DNA of 64,000 nt from Naegleria gruberi (Eukaryota). Position numbers and translations under genes: made by a program. The stretch lies in NCBI GenBank assembly GCA_000004985.1, contig GG738845.1; one strand, 5' to 3'. Below the pieces are notes generated by a model. It worked only from the letters and a program-made list of their open reading frames with translations, did not search any database and was not told where the DNA came from. Positions 21,493-32,204 of this stretch are shown here, in pieces (within the stretch, counting starts at the first letter, position 1; every line of letters begins with the position of its first letter).

Positions 21493-23909
21493 ATGGACGT
21501 ACTCAAGGAAAAGCAATTCATGATAACCTCGGAAAGGTGGCAATTATTGGAGAAGGAAAGATTGGAGATGTAAGTGTAATCAATTAATGTAATACTTATT
21601 ATTCAGACTAAGGAAGAGAGAATTAATTGAACACAGGATTGATTTACGATATCACTCAGAGGAAGGATTGGAGCAACATAGATCTGATTATTATAAGAGA
21701 CTTTTGAAAAAGGTGGAAGACAATTTGGAAAAGAGTAAAATTAGGAACAAACTTTTGGTGAACAAAGCAGATGATCTTCTACAAAGCGTCTCAGTATCAA
21801 ACTCAAACAACCTTGTAAAGTCAAAAGTCAAGTTAGAGGTTGCAAAGGTAAGGAATAATTTCTCAAATTTCTTACACTCAAAAGAAACAATTTTTACAAT
21901 CCTTCCAGGACAGAGTAAAGGAATATGAGGAATTGGGGAGACACCAAAAACTCAAACAAATCAGAAAGACAGAAGAGGAAATTGAAATTGAGAGAAGGAA
22001 ATTGAGGGAGTCTACATTGGAATGGGAAAGAGAAAAGAAAGTTAATAATGATCTTCAAGAAAAAATTAAAGAGCTCATTGTAACAAAAGAAATATCAAAA
22101 AAAGAGGCTATTGAGAGGGAGGCAGAAAGAAAGGCTATTCTTGAAGGAGAGAGAAAAATCCAAAGAGCTGTTGAACAAACATCCGTTGATGCGTCAAAAA
22201 GATATTTGGAGAAAGAAGAAAAGAGGAAATTAGAAGCTGTTGACGGTAAAGATATTAAATACAAAGGTAAGAAGAAACTGGAAACATCTTTAATTTTAAC
22301 AACCTTAACAGGTCTTGTCGAAGAAGTGTACGAAGGAAAAATTGGAATTGCTGCTAGAGAAAAATTTGTGTCTCAAGAATCGTTTGAAATACAATCTCAA
22401 CAAGTTCAAAAACCTGTTGATGAATTATACTATAATGACGGATATAGCAGCTTTGAAGAAAAGCATAATCCAAACAGTTTTGCAAAATTTAAAGAATGGC
22501 AGAAAAAACAAACTGTTGACAAGAAGAAACCCGAAATGTCTCAAACACAAAAGCCAAAACATCAAACCCAGCAACAAACCCCAATTACTCAACCAATGAG
22601 GGAAAATTGTGTTGAAAAAAATTATAGACAGGAAGAGTTCAAAGAAATTAAGCCAGCACGAGAAGATTACAAAGAAATTAAGCACGAGGTCAGGGAGGAG
22701 GAAATAAAACCAACTCCTGTGTCCCAGACGACAAAGGACGTGCTTGGAGATAGCATTGGATCAATTGAAGATAGGGAATCTGAGAGTGATGACATCACCA
22801 AATCATTCTTGGAATCTATCAAAAAACCAATGTTGGTTTCAGCTTTGAGTAAGAAGGATGACAAGACTTCTCCCATCTCATCAATGATAAAACCATCAAG
22901 CCCAAAGAACATAGTTATCACTCCAGAAGAAACAAAGAATAATAACTTTGTTAAAATTCAGTCTCCTAAATCCTTTACAAGTACTTCACCACAACAAAAT
23001 AGAACAAACCAAACCTTTGCAAACCAACAAGCAACCTCAATCTCCCCAACAAAATCTACACCCCCTCCAAATCCTGTTATTGAAAAAAAGAAGGAAATTG
23101 AAACTAAAAAAGATCCAGAAAAAGATCCAGTAGAACACAAGGAAGGTGATTCAAAAACGAAAAAGATCAAAAGTTTCTTTTCTGCAGCATTCAAATTTAA
23201 TGGGAAGAAGAAGGAAGAAGAAAAATCAGAGGAGACTGAATCATCCTCTGAAAATGATTCAAATGCACAAGACAAAGAAGGAGACAATATGGTCCAACAA
23301 AGAGTCAAAAAGTTAAACCAATCAAAACTGGTTACAACTCTGTCTTCTTACATGCTAGAGTTAGAAAATCACCTTAAAGAACAAAAAGAAAGGTACAACA
23401 AAATGTCCTTAAACTACAAGCTGGAAAATAAGGAGAGTCAAGAAACGTTGGTATACTCAAACTGCCCAAAGATAAATGGGAAAAATAGAGTACTGAATAT
23501 TGAATCATCCAAGAAAGAAATTGAGCCAGTCATGAAGTGCGTGGCTTGTTTAGATATAATACAGTATCTCCCATCACCATTAATAAGTGTTGAAATATTG
23601 GATGAATATTTAGAAAAAGACACTGAGTATGAAATTGAACAACTTTCGAAGTATTTGAATTCATTTGGCTTAGAAGTTTGGCGATTAATAATAACACATG
23701 TTTCCAACTTGTCAAAGTTGGAACCCAAGTGGAGAGAGCCCTTACTGAAAGTGTTTTCTGAATCAATTTGCAAAACCCTTCCACCAAGTAAGAACACAAC
23801 TGAAGCTAAAAACAAAACAAAGACCCTGCTGAAAACTTATATTTCAACCAAAAAATCCAACACTACTATTCCTGACACAACAACACTCGAACAACCAAAA
23901 AAGAAGTAA
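21493..23909 (+). CDS. Coiled-coil protein, about 770 aa. Three exons: 21493..21569, 21607..21847 and 21909..23909
   Basis: The track ORFs 21668..21928 and 21933..23909 both start at TTG and join in frame across a 61-nt GTAAGG...TTCCAG intron. An upstream exon MDVLKEKQFMITSERWQLLEKERLE joins through a 37-nt GTAAGT...TTCAG intron. The N-terminus has heptad repeats, the middle is Ser/Pro/Lys-rich, and there is a structured C-terminal domain. Confidence 0.6.
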
Positions 23910-23949
23910 GTAACTTACTGTATTATTGCAATTAATGTTTTAAAGTTCT

Positions 23950-24333
23950 ATGGAAAAAACAAGAGAACCAGAAGCCAAGGAGGTCCCTAAAAAATCAATT
24001 TTGGATGACAGTGAGGAAGACAATATATTTGATAAACCATTAACGCAAGTGACAAGACCTCTTAGTTCAGCTGCAAATAACAAATTTAAAAAATCAACAA
24101 GACTCATAACAAGTGTCAGTGCTTTCAATCCAACATCGTTCGCTAAACTTAATAAGAATATTTTGAATGAAGATACTTCAGATTCAGATATTGACAATAT
24201 TATTGCAAGACCAAGAAATATTTCTTCAGCTCCAACAGAGAGAACCAGCAAATCAGTAACACCCGTTCCAGCTGTGACTGTAACATCTGGTAGTAACGCT
24301 AAGGATTTTGATGATGATGACCTGGATTTTTAA
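23950..24333 (+). CDS. Small acidic Ser/Thr-rich protein (127 aa), hypothetical
   Basis: ATG start, low complexity, C-terminal DFDDDDLDF. Confidence 0.35.
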   Translation: MEKTREPEAKEVPKKSILDDSEEDNIFDKPLTQVTRPLSSAANNKFKKSTRLITSVSAFNPTSFAKLNKNILNEDTSDSDIDNIIARPRNISSAPTERTSKSVTPVPAVTVTSGSNAKDFDDDDLDF

Positions 24334-24378
24334 AGCTGATCTTTGTGATCATAGACCTTTATTATCACATTTCTTAAG

Positions 24379-27300
24379 CTACCACAGTAAGTGGTAAAAG
24401 TGCAACTCTCTTATCAATAATTTCCTGTACTCATCGTATAAAAGTATTAGAATACCATAAAATACTGGAAGTAGCCAAAACAACCAAATCATATTTCTTG
24501 TTCCAAAAATATAATCACCAATAAAAGGTACATAAATAGCAATACAAGCTATGCATACAGAAAATATTATTCCCATGTAAATGGCCAAATTACTAAACAT
24601 TCCTTGCATAAGTAAAGATGTTCTTCTGGTTCTAGAGCTTACTAAAGCAAACCATTGACAAACAACTATTGCAAGGAAGTAAGCCGTTTGGGCTGTTGCT
24701 AGAATATTCCATTGGGCAGATGGAGATAGAAAAAGCCCTGTTTCTGCAATATACAAGTATTGGGTAGTCGAAAGAGAAAAAAAGCCAGGTACACTTCTAA
24801 ATAGGTAATGAGGAGGAATTCCATAGTAGGCCAAAGCAAAGAAGAAGGAGGTAAAGGCGGCCAATGTTTCAATAACACCAACCTGCATATATGAAAATGA
24901 AAGTACTCTCACACCAACAAGAAGCTCTGATTTTGGTCTTGGAGGAACTGTCATAATGTCGCTCTCTTTTGTCTCATACGATAAACTAATTGCTGCCACC
25001 AACTCAGTACCGAGGTCTATGCACAACACTAATAAACCAGTTATTGCTGGAGGCATTCCAATAATTATTACAAGTATTCCACAAAGTTCTGGGAGTAAAT
25101 GAATAAGAGTATAACTAATACTCTTTTTCAGGTTATCAAAAATCAATCTTCCTTCCTCTACTCCATTTACAATTGAGGCAAAATTGTCATCCATTAAAAT
25201 AATGGCAGCAGCTTCTTTTGAAACGTCTGAACCAGATATATTCATAGCAATGCCAATATCTGCCTTTTTTAGTGCTGGTGAATCATTTACACCGTCCCCA
25301 GTAACTGCAACACAATTTCCAGCTTCTTGAAATTTGCTAACAATGACCAATTTTTGTTGAGGAGAGGTTCTAGAAAATACAATCTGCTTTTTCTTCAAAA
25401 TATATTTCCATTCTATGTCTTTTAATTTATCTATTTCCTCTCCATTAAGAACCACTGCATCAACATCTGGTCTTTTGTACTCAATTATTTCTGGTGGAAA
25501 ACCCTCCTCAGCAGCAATGTCATCTCTCGTTTTACTATTTGATTCAAGAATACCAACCTGTTTTGCTATTGCTTTGGCAGTTGTGGGATGGTCACCTGTT
25601 ACCATTACAACTTGAATCCCTAAAAGAAATTAATTACAAATTTTCATAATGAATTCACTTACCTGCATGTTTACATTTGGTAATAGCATCTGTAACTCCA
25701 ACTTTTGGTGGGTCAGTCAATCCCACAAGCCCTATAAATGTAAACCCATTTAAAGGTAATTGTTGGTTAGTATCATCAGAAACTGCAATAGTACTACCGG
25801 TAGGATCTCCTCCAATCTTAACTGTACCTGTTTCTTCTCTCTCTTTTACTTGATTTACTAAATCAGTGGTGGTAAATCTTTGAGCTAATCCTAATACACG
25901 TTGTCCCTTACTGGCAAAAAAAGAGTAGGCATCTTGAAAGTGTTGTCTTAAATCATCATTGATGGATATTGCCTGACTATTCAAATAAATGGAATCACAT
26001 TTTTCCAATACTCTCTCTGGTGCTCCTTTCAACAGCATTAGTGAGTTCGCATTATCAAAACATTGACCTTGACAAGAGTGAATGGTGAGCATCCACTTGT
26101 TCTTTGAATTGAAGGGAATTTCATAAAGTTTTGGAAAACCATTTCTAATATCCATTAAGCTGGCATACTCTGATCTTGTTTCTACAAATTTTACAAGTGC
26201 TATTTCTGATGCATCTCCAATGCATTCCCTGTCTAGGATTGGTTTGTTTAAATTCTCTTCAGATTCAACGAAAATGGTCTTGGAACAGAGTGCGGAACAT
26301 CTAATGAGTTTTTGTGGAGTTGATAAATTTACCTCTTCAATGTTAGCAAAGTTTGGGAGTGATTCTACGTTTGGTTTGGATTTCATCATTCTATTTTGAT
26401 AACAGACATCTGAAAGTGATCCATCACACCACTGTTCTACAACCGTCATTCTGTTCTGAGTGAGGGTGCCTGTTTTATCAGAGCAAATTACATTTACACC
26501 ACCCAATGTTTCTACATGCTCTAATTTCTTTACCAATACGTTAATATCTGATAATCTCTTTGCAGAAACTGTCAAACATAATGTCATTGTTGCAATCAAA
26601 CCTTGTGGAATGTTGGCAGCAATAATTCCAGTACTGAAAAGAACACACTGAAACCATGGATTTCCTAATGCAAGCCCAATCACAAAAAATACAACAGCTA
26701 AAATTAGCGACATAGAACCTAAAGTTCTTACAAAAGTGTCTATTTGCCTTCTTAGAGGTGTTTTTAAGGGAGAAGCTTGGGCCATTAGAGCAATTTGGCC
26801 AATAACTGTTTGACCACCAGTCCTAATAACAATACCAATTGCACTCCCTTCAACAACAATAGTTCCAAAGAATGCAAGATTTGAAGATTCTAAAGGATTA
26901 TGAGAAGATGATTCAACAGTTCTGGACTGTGGCTCAGATTCTCCTGTCAATGAACTGTTATCCATTTTCAAACCATTTACGAATAATAGTCTTAAATCAG
27001 CTGGAACTTTAGAGCCAGGTTCAATATGAATCAAATCTCCGACTACAACTTCTGAAACATCTATTCTTTGTAAATTTCCCTCTCTTATAACCATACAGTT
27101 AGCTGTTTGTAAAGCTAAAAAGGCAGCAATAACTTTTTCAGAGCTATGTTCTTGCCATAGAGTAATTGTTGCGTTCATAACCACCACAAACCAGAGTATG
27201 GCCCCTAAAAATATATTTGGATAAGAGGCAGGTGTACGGTCAATGGCAACATTAATGAAACTCAATAACCCAGCAAATAACATTAGTAAAGAGAAGAGGG

Positions 27301-28006
27301 TTGTTAATTGATCGATAACTTTCCAAATAAACTTTTCTCGTTTTGGTGGAGTGAAAATATTTGGTCCATTGATTTTGAGTCTTTGGGTTGCTACTTCTTT
27401 TGAAAGCCCATACGAAGATTGTGGATTATCAATATTGAAAGAAGTATTATATAATTCACAAACTTTTTCAGAACTCATTTCATGCTCTTCAATAATTACT
27501 GCTTTCTTTTTTGCTTTTTGAATATGCTTTTTCTTGTGCTTTCGGTGGCGATGAATGACTTTATCCTTTCCTTTAGAAATTTCATCGTGCATAATATCAA
27601 TAGATTGCCTAACTTCTTCAAACAGCCTTGGAATCTCACTTACTTGAGGAGCTGTTGCAACATTCAGAGAAGGATTGGGAAGAAAGGTAGAAAGAACAGA
27701 AGATCTTCTTGTAAAGGTTGGAACTGTTTCGGTAGGTTGAGGTATTTTAGAAGGATTCATACTGTATCTTCTTCCCAACTCTGTCAAGTCTTCATCTGGT
27801 CTTACATTCGATAAATCTATTGAATAAAGTCTGTTAGGATCTATGAAGCTTGCTCTTCTTATAGGATAAGTGCTTGGAGATGGTAGAGGATAATCGGCAT
27901 CATTATTGGGAAAACTATCTTGAACAGGTTCATTCGAGTCATTTGATTGTGGATTATTCACCAAGTTGGTACTTGGAAAACGGAAGCTATCTAAATTACT
28001 GCTCAT
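24379..28006 (-). CDS. Type IIC P-type ATPase, Na+/K+-ATPase alpha-subunit-like, with a Ser/Pro-rich N-terminal extension of about 170 aa. Two exons: 28006..25663 and 25619..24379
   Basis: Contains CSDKTGTLTQNRMTV (phosphorylation site) and TGES. The 43-nt GTAAGT...TTTTAG intron lies inside the conserved segment DPPKVGVTDAITKCKHAG|IQVVMVTGDHPTTAKAIAKQVGIL, compared with Na,K-ATPase [37 protein letters not shown]. It also carries GDGVNDSPALKKADIGIAM. Confidence 0.85.
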
Positions 28007-28192
28007 ATTATGGCGTAGAAGTTTTAGTTGTAAAGTGAATAATTTTTATATTCTTGTTAATATCAAGCCTCCTCCATGCATCTACTCTTTTCAATTTGTT
28101 TAGAATGTCTATTTGGTAATTTGACATATTTGTATACATTATTTAAAATAATTTAGATTCCAGTAATGTATTGGATTAGGTTAAAATCCATT

Positions 28193-28983
28193 TTAATTAT
28201 CCTTAAATAAATACACTTCAATATTAGCCAGTGAATCTGCAAGTGTTAATAATTCTTTTTCCATAATATAGATCGCATCCTGAGATTGTGGAGCATAAGA
28301 ATATGCTTCAACTGCTAATAATCCTGCATCGAGTATTTCAAAAGGCTCTGGTTGATTTTTATCAAAATTTGTTGTAACATTAGCTCTCTTTTTCACTTTT
28401 TTCACAACAAATACGTCTACAAAATATCCAGTTTTAGATACAAAACGGTTTCCTTCTTTCACATATTCATGAGAAAAACTATTAAATCAAATATTTTCAT
28501 TAACATTATTAAATAAATTACTTACTCACAACCCATCATTTCCGACATTACAAGTGGATTGCCTCCATATATTGTACTTAGTGTGACAGTTCTAACAGTA
28601 GATTTGAAAGGAGCCTCCTTCTTTGGAATAACTATTTTTCCAAGTGATTTAATTTCTCTCCAAATAACTTGTTCAATAGATTTTGTTTGATTAAGCTTCT
28701 CTACCACAATATCAGCTAAAATATGAAATTCAACTTCTTTACTCTTAGAAAGAGAAATCATAGAGGCATCTTCTGATGTAGAAATATTGCTATTAGTAGA
28801 AACAACAGGAGGAAGGGATGATTTGGTACGGTAAACATTGATCCACTCTTTAAAAGGTTTTGGTTTTGATCCGATGATTGATGTTAATCTAGAGATTAGT
28901 ATTTCTTTTTGTTCATCTTGAATACAGCCTGTAATTTTAATTTCGTTGGTTATTGTATTTACAGGAAGGGAAGATAAATTCAT
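28193..28983 (-). CDS. Hypothetical protein of about 248 aa. Two exons: 28983..28526 and 28478..28193, with a 47-nt GTAAGT...TTAATAG intron
   Basis: A GTAAGT donor overlaps the stop of track ORF 28522..28983, and splicing continues in frame into ORF 28193..28462, which starts at GTG. No family recognised. Confidence 0.5.
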
Positions 28984-29004
28984 TTTTTTATTATTTTTTT
29001 AATA

Positions 29005-31992
29005 TTAATCGGTAATACTTTTAATAAAATTGAAAAATCGCCCTGCATACATGTTTGGATCAACCACACTCACACCACTTTCACCACCAAAATAGAGAGT
29101 TTTGATAAGGTTTTCTCCTCTCTTTTTTAGGCCATACTGAATCAAAATATCAATTATTCCAACAAAATAATATTCATCTCCTAGGCTTGATCTCATACCT
29201 CCACATTCTTCTTGATAGAATGTTCTTGGAGGAGGAGAAATATGGAAAGGATCATTATAATTAATTGGTTTTTCTCGTAACTTGTTGATTTCATGAACAC
29301 CAACAAGCATTGAATAATCTATTATTTCATTTGCCTCCAAAAATTTGGTGTCTGACTCAACCTGTCTCAAGAACCACTCCTTCTTGGATCCTAAATTTAA
29401 AGATTGCTCAGAATCTTTCCAATTTAAATCTTTTAATATTCCAACACCAGATGAATTGAATCTACCAATTGTACTTCCTTTCAAATCATAAATTTTGTCA
29501 ATAGGTAATTGAGTGTCAAAAGCATTTCCCATTACAATGAAGTAGGTATCATTAATTCTATGAAGACCGTATATTCTAGTAAGGAGTGTATTCCTGTTTC
29601 TATGTAAATAAGTATAATACTGAGATAAAAATACTAGTGCTGTTTCGAATTCTGATGTAGAAATAGTTTTACATAAAAATCTACCATTATTTGTATAGAA
29701 GAAGAAATTTCCACTTTTTCCATCAGTTAGTCTTTCACTCAGTGAGGTTAATCTTCCTACTAATAAATTACTAATAAACATTTCAGGCCCAAAAGACAAA
29801 GCATATTCCTCCTCTGAAACTCCAAATATTGCTCTAATATTTCTAAATACTAGAGGAGCAAAATCTGTAAATGTGATATGTTCATCAATGTACCTGGTCG
29901 ATTCATCATTACCACTAACTCCATCTTGCTTGATGCATGTCAAAAATTTTGCTAGTGGGATCTCAAAAGAATAAGTATATTTGAAATCTCTCATATAAAG
30001 ATAGTCATTTGAAAAGTTAGATCTATTTTCCTGTGCAGCTCTAATACCTAACATCATTGATAAAACCTTATGAAATGAAGGATGGCCAAATAAAACCGGA
30101 TACCCACCATTTCTCGGAAGATTTTTCATTAATTTGGATTGTAAATTTGAATCTATTGGAAATTGTGAAAATCCAAGTATTAAGAAGGGATTTTGTTTGA
30201 TTGCTTTCAAATAATCTTGAGCCGTAAAAGAATCATTGTTGGTAATACAGCTGAAAATTCTATCAGCTACACTACCAGCATAATTAAGAGTTTCACTAGT
30301 TCCTATTAGAACAAAGTTTGAAGGAGAAGTAGGACTTAAGGCCGAGTTGGAAACATAAAGTCCCATATATTCCAGAATTGAAAATATTTGTTGAAATAAC
30401 AATTTAAATTCTTGTCTTGTTACACTACCATTTCCTTCCTTATCCATAATATTGAATCCAAATAATATTTGTTCATCAACAATATTGTTAGAATATAACA
30501 ATGCAAGGTTTTCTTTGAAATCTGACATTTCTATTAATCCACTCCTGTTAGAATCAAATGCATTAAAAATTCTACCTCCAAAACTATTAAGAATTTTTGA
30601 TTTCTTCACTGTTGGATATGGTGCTGAAAAATCAAATAAAAACTCCTTATCAAACGCAACCAAGGATAAATGCTTTACAAATTCATGAATATCCAAAACA
30701 TTATCTTTTGTTTGTCCGTCTATATAACCAAATACAGCATTGAAATATTTGTGTTCTTCATCTGAAAGCTTATTAGTAAGCTCTCTTTTTTGAATATTGC
30801 TGATCATTCTTTGAGATAGTGACTTTCTCTTTGATTTTTTCTGAGTTACTTGGAATTCAGATTGAGATCTTTGTAAGTTCTTTTTTTCTTCAAACTTTGG
30901 TGTGCCTTTTGCGCTATCCATTGATTGGTTAACTGGTTGTATTGGTTGAGGCGGAAAATTAAGAGGAGGTATGACCGGTGTGCTCTTTATGGAGAGATTG
31001 TATGGATCATTACTGTTAGGAGAGGATTTTTGTTGAGAAGTTGGTGTTTGACTTTTCAGTTCCTTTTGTACTGGTTTTTCAGGGGTTGTGTTATTCATAG
31101 CTTGTTCAAAAAGAGCAGAAAGATGTTTAACTGATCCTGATGGTTTTGCTGATTTTTCATCTTCAACTGTTTTACAAAGTCTTTTTTCATCTTGAAGATT
31201 GTCCTTAGATACAATTTTAGGTGGAACCTTTGGCTTTGGTCTTTCAGGTGATTCTCTTTGAAGGGACAATGATGGCACTTCTGATAAACTCTTTCTTTTG
31301 AAAGGAGGGGGAGTTCTTTTTCTTGTTGAATTTTCATTAGTGGAAGGAGTATTGTTTACAGAAACGTTAGTGGGTGGTAAAGGTTTTGTCAGAGAAGTTC
31401 GATCTCCTCTGGGTGATCTATCTAAGATATAACTTGAACTATTAGTTACAGTAAGAGAGCTGGAGGAAGAAGTGTTTGAGCTGGTTGGTGGTGTGGAAGT
31501 TGAATTATTAGTGAAAAAGGATGATCCATTCTTTGTAAATATTTTGATTCTACTACTGTTAGAATCGGAGAATGATGAAGATGAGTGTAAACCAAACTCT
31601 TGATTGCCAAGTATTAATCCGCCACCACTTCCAATCTTTTTAGTGGATGATTCTACAGGTGTTCCTAATGAGGGATAAATTGTGGAGTCTTCTTCATTGG
31701 TTCCCCTCTCATCATTTGAATCATCAATACCACCAAAGTAACTTTTCCTATTCTTTAAAATTAATTCACTCCTATAGAGGCATTCTCTAGCAAAGAAGAA
31801 TAATTGTTGTGAACCCAAATCAACAGACCAAGATGTGCCCTTCTCCGATTTATCACCAGTAGTTAATTGTCTAAGTTGAGAGGTAATTAAATCAATACAA
31901 CACAAATACTGAGCAAACGCTTCTACATAATTCTTATCATCCTCATATTTTAAAGCATTTGAAAGTGAGAGTCTAACCTGATTCAGAGACAT
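29005..31992 (-). CDS. Phosphatidylinositol-4-phosphate 5-kinase (PIPK) with an N-terminal MIT-like helix bundle and a central EF-hand pair
   Basis: The C-terminal PIPK catalytic core includes ...MRDFKYTYSFEIP...DYSMLVGVHE...GIIDILIQYGLKKRGE. Two canonical EF-hand loops are present, DSNRSGLIEMSD and DKEGNGSVTRQE. The true ATG is MSLNQV at about 31990-31992; the track start at 32001 is TTG. Confidence 0.85.
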   Translation of the reverse strand: MSLNQVRLSLSNALKYEDDKNYVEAFAQYLCCIDLITSQLRQLTTGDKSEKGTSWSVDLGSQQLFFFARECLYRSELILKNRKSYFGGIDDSNDERGTNEEDSTIYPSLGTPVESSTKKIGSGGGLILGNQEFGLHSSSSFSDSNSSRIKIFTKNGSSFFTNNSTSTPPTSSNTSSSSSLTVTNSSSYILDRSPRGDRTSLTKPLPPTNVSVNNTPSTNENSTRKRTPPPFKRKSLSEVPSLSLQRESPERPKPKVPPKIVSKDNLQDEKRLCKTVEDEKSAKPSGSVKHLSALFEQAMNNTTPEKPVQKELKSQTPTSQQKSSPNSNDPYNLSIKSTPVIPPLNFPPQPIQPVNQSMDSAKGTPKFEEKKNLQRSQSEFQVTQKKSKRKSLSQRMISNIQKRELTNKLSDEEHKYFNAVFGYIDGQTKDNVLDIHEFVKHLSLVAFDKEFLFDFSAPYPTVKKSKILNSFGGRIFNAFDSNRSGLIEMSDFKENLALLYSNNIVDEQILFGFNIMDKEGNGSVTRQEFKLLFQQIFSILEYMGLYVSNSALSPTSPSNFVLIGTSETLNYAGSVADRIFSCITNNDSFTAQDYLKAIKQNPFLILGFSQFPIDSNLQSKLMKNLPRNGGYPVLFGHPSFHKVLSMMLGIRAAQENRSNFSNDYLYMRDFKYTYSFEIPLAKFLTCIKQDGVSGNDESTRYIDEHITFTDFAPLVFRNIRAIFGVSEEEYALSFGPEMFISNLLVGRLTSLSERLTDGKSGNFFFYTNNGRFLCKTISTSEFETALVFLSQYYTYLHRNRNTLLTRIYGLHRINDTYFIVMGNAFDTQLPIDKIYDLKGSTIGRFNSSGVGILKDLNWKDSEQSLNLGSKKEWFLRQVESDTKFLEANEIIDYSMLVGVHEINKLREKPINYNDPFHISPPPRTFYQEECGGMRSSLGDEYYFVGIIDILIQYGLKKRGENLIKTLYFGGESGVSVVDPNMYAGRFFNFIKSITD

Positions 31993-32204
31993 ATTATTCA
32001 ATACATTGATCAGTTCCTAATAATATTTTTTTGATGGACCAATGGAACAAGCTAAGAATATGAAGTGGAACCAAATTAAAACCTATTAATAAATATTTCA
32101 GTCAAAGTTCCTTACTTAAGAAAATATTTATTCTTTCTTCCGTAATTTTGTGATATTGTTCAATGTAATAATATTTATTAATTTTAATTTTTTAAATATA
32201 AAAA

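Noticed and set aside
28193-28983. Two separate small genes (28193..28462 and 28522..28983)
   Set aside because: A GTAAGT donor overlaps the upstream stop codon and a 47-nt intron joins the two ORFs in frame. The downstream ORF starts at GTG. They are merged into one two-exon gene, although the single-gene model is unproven.
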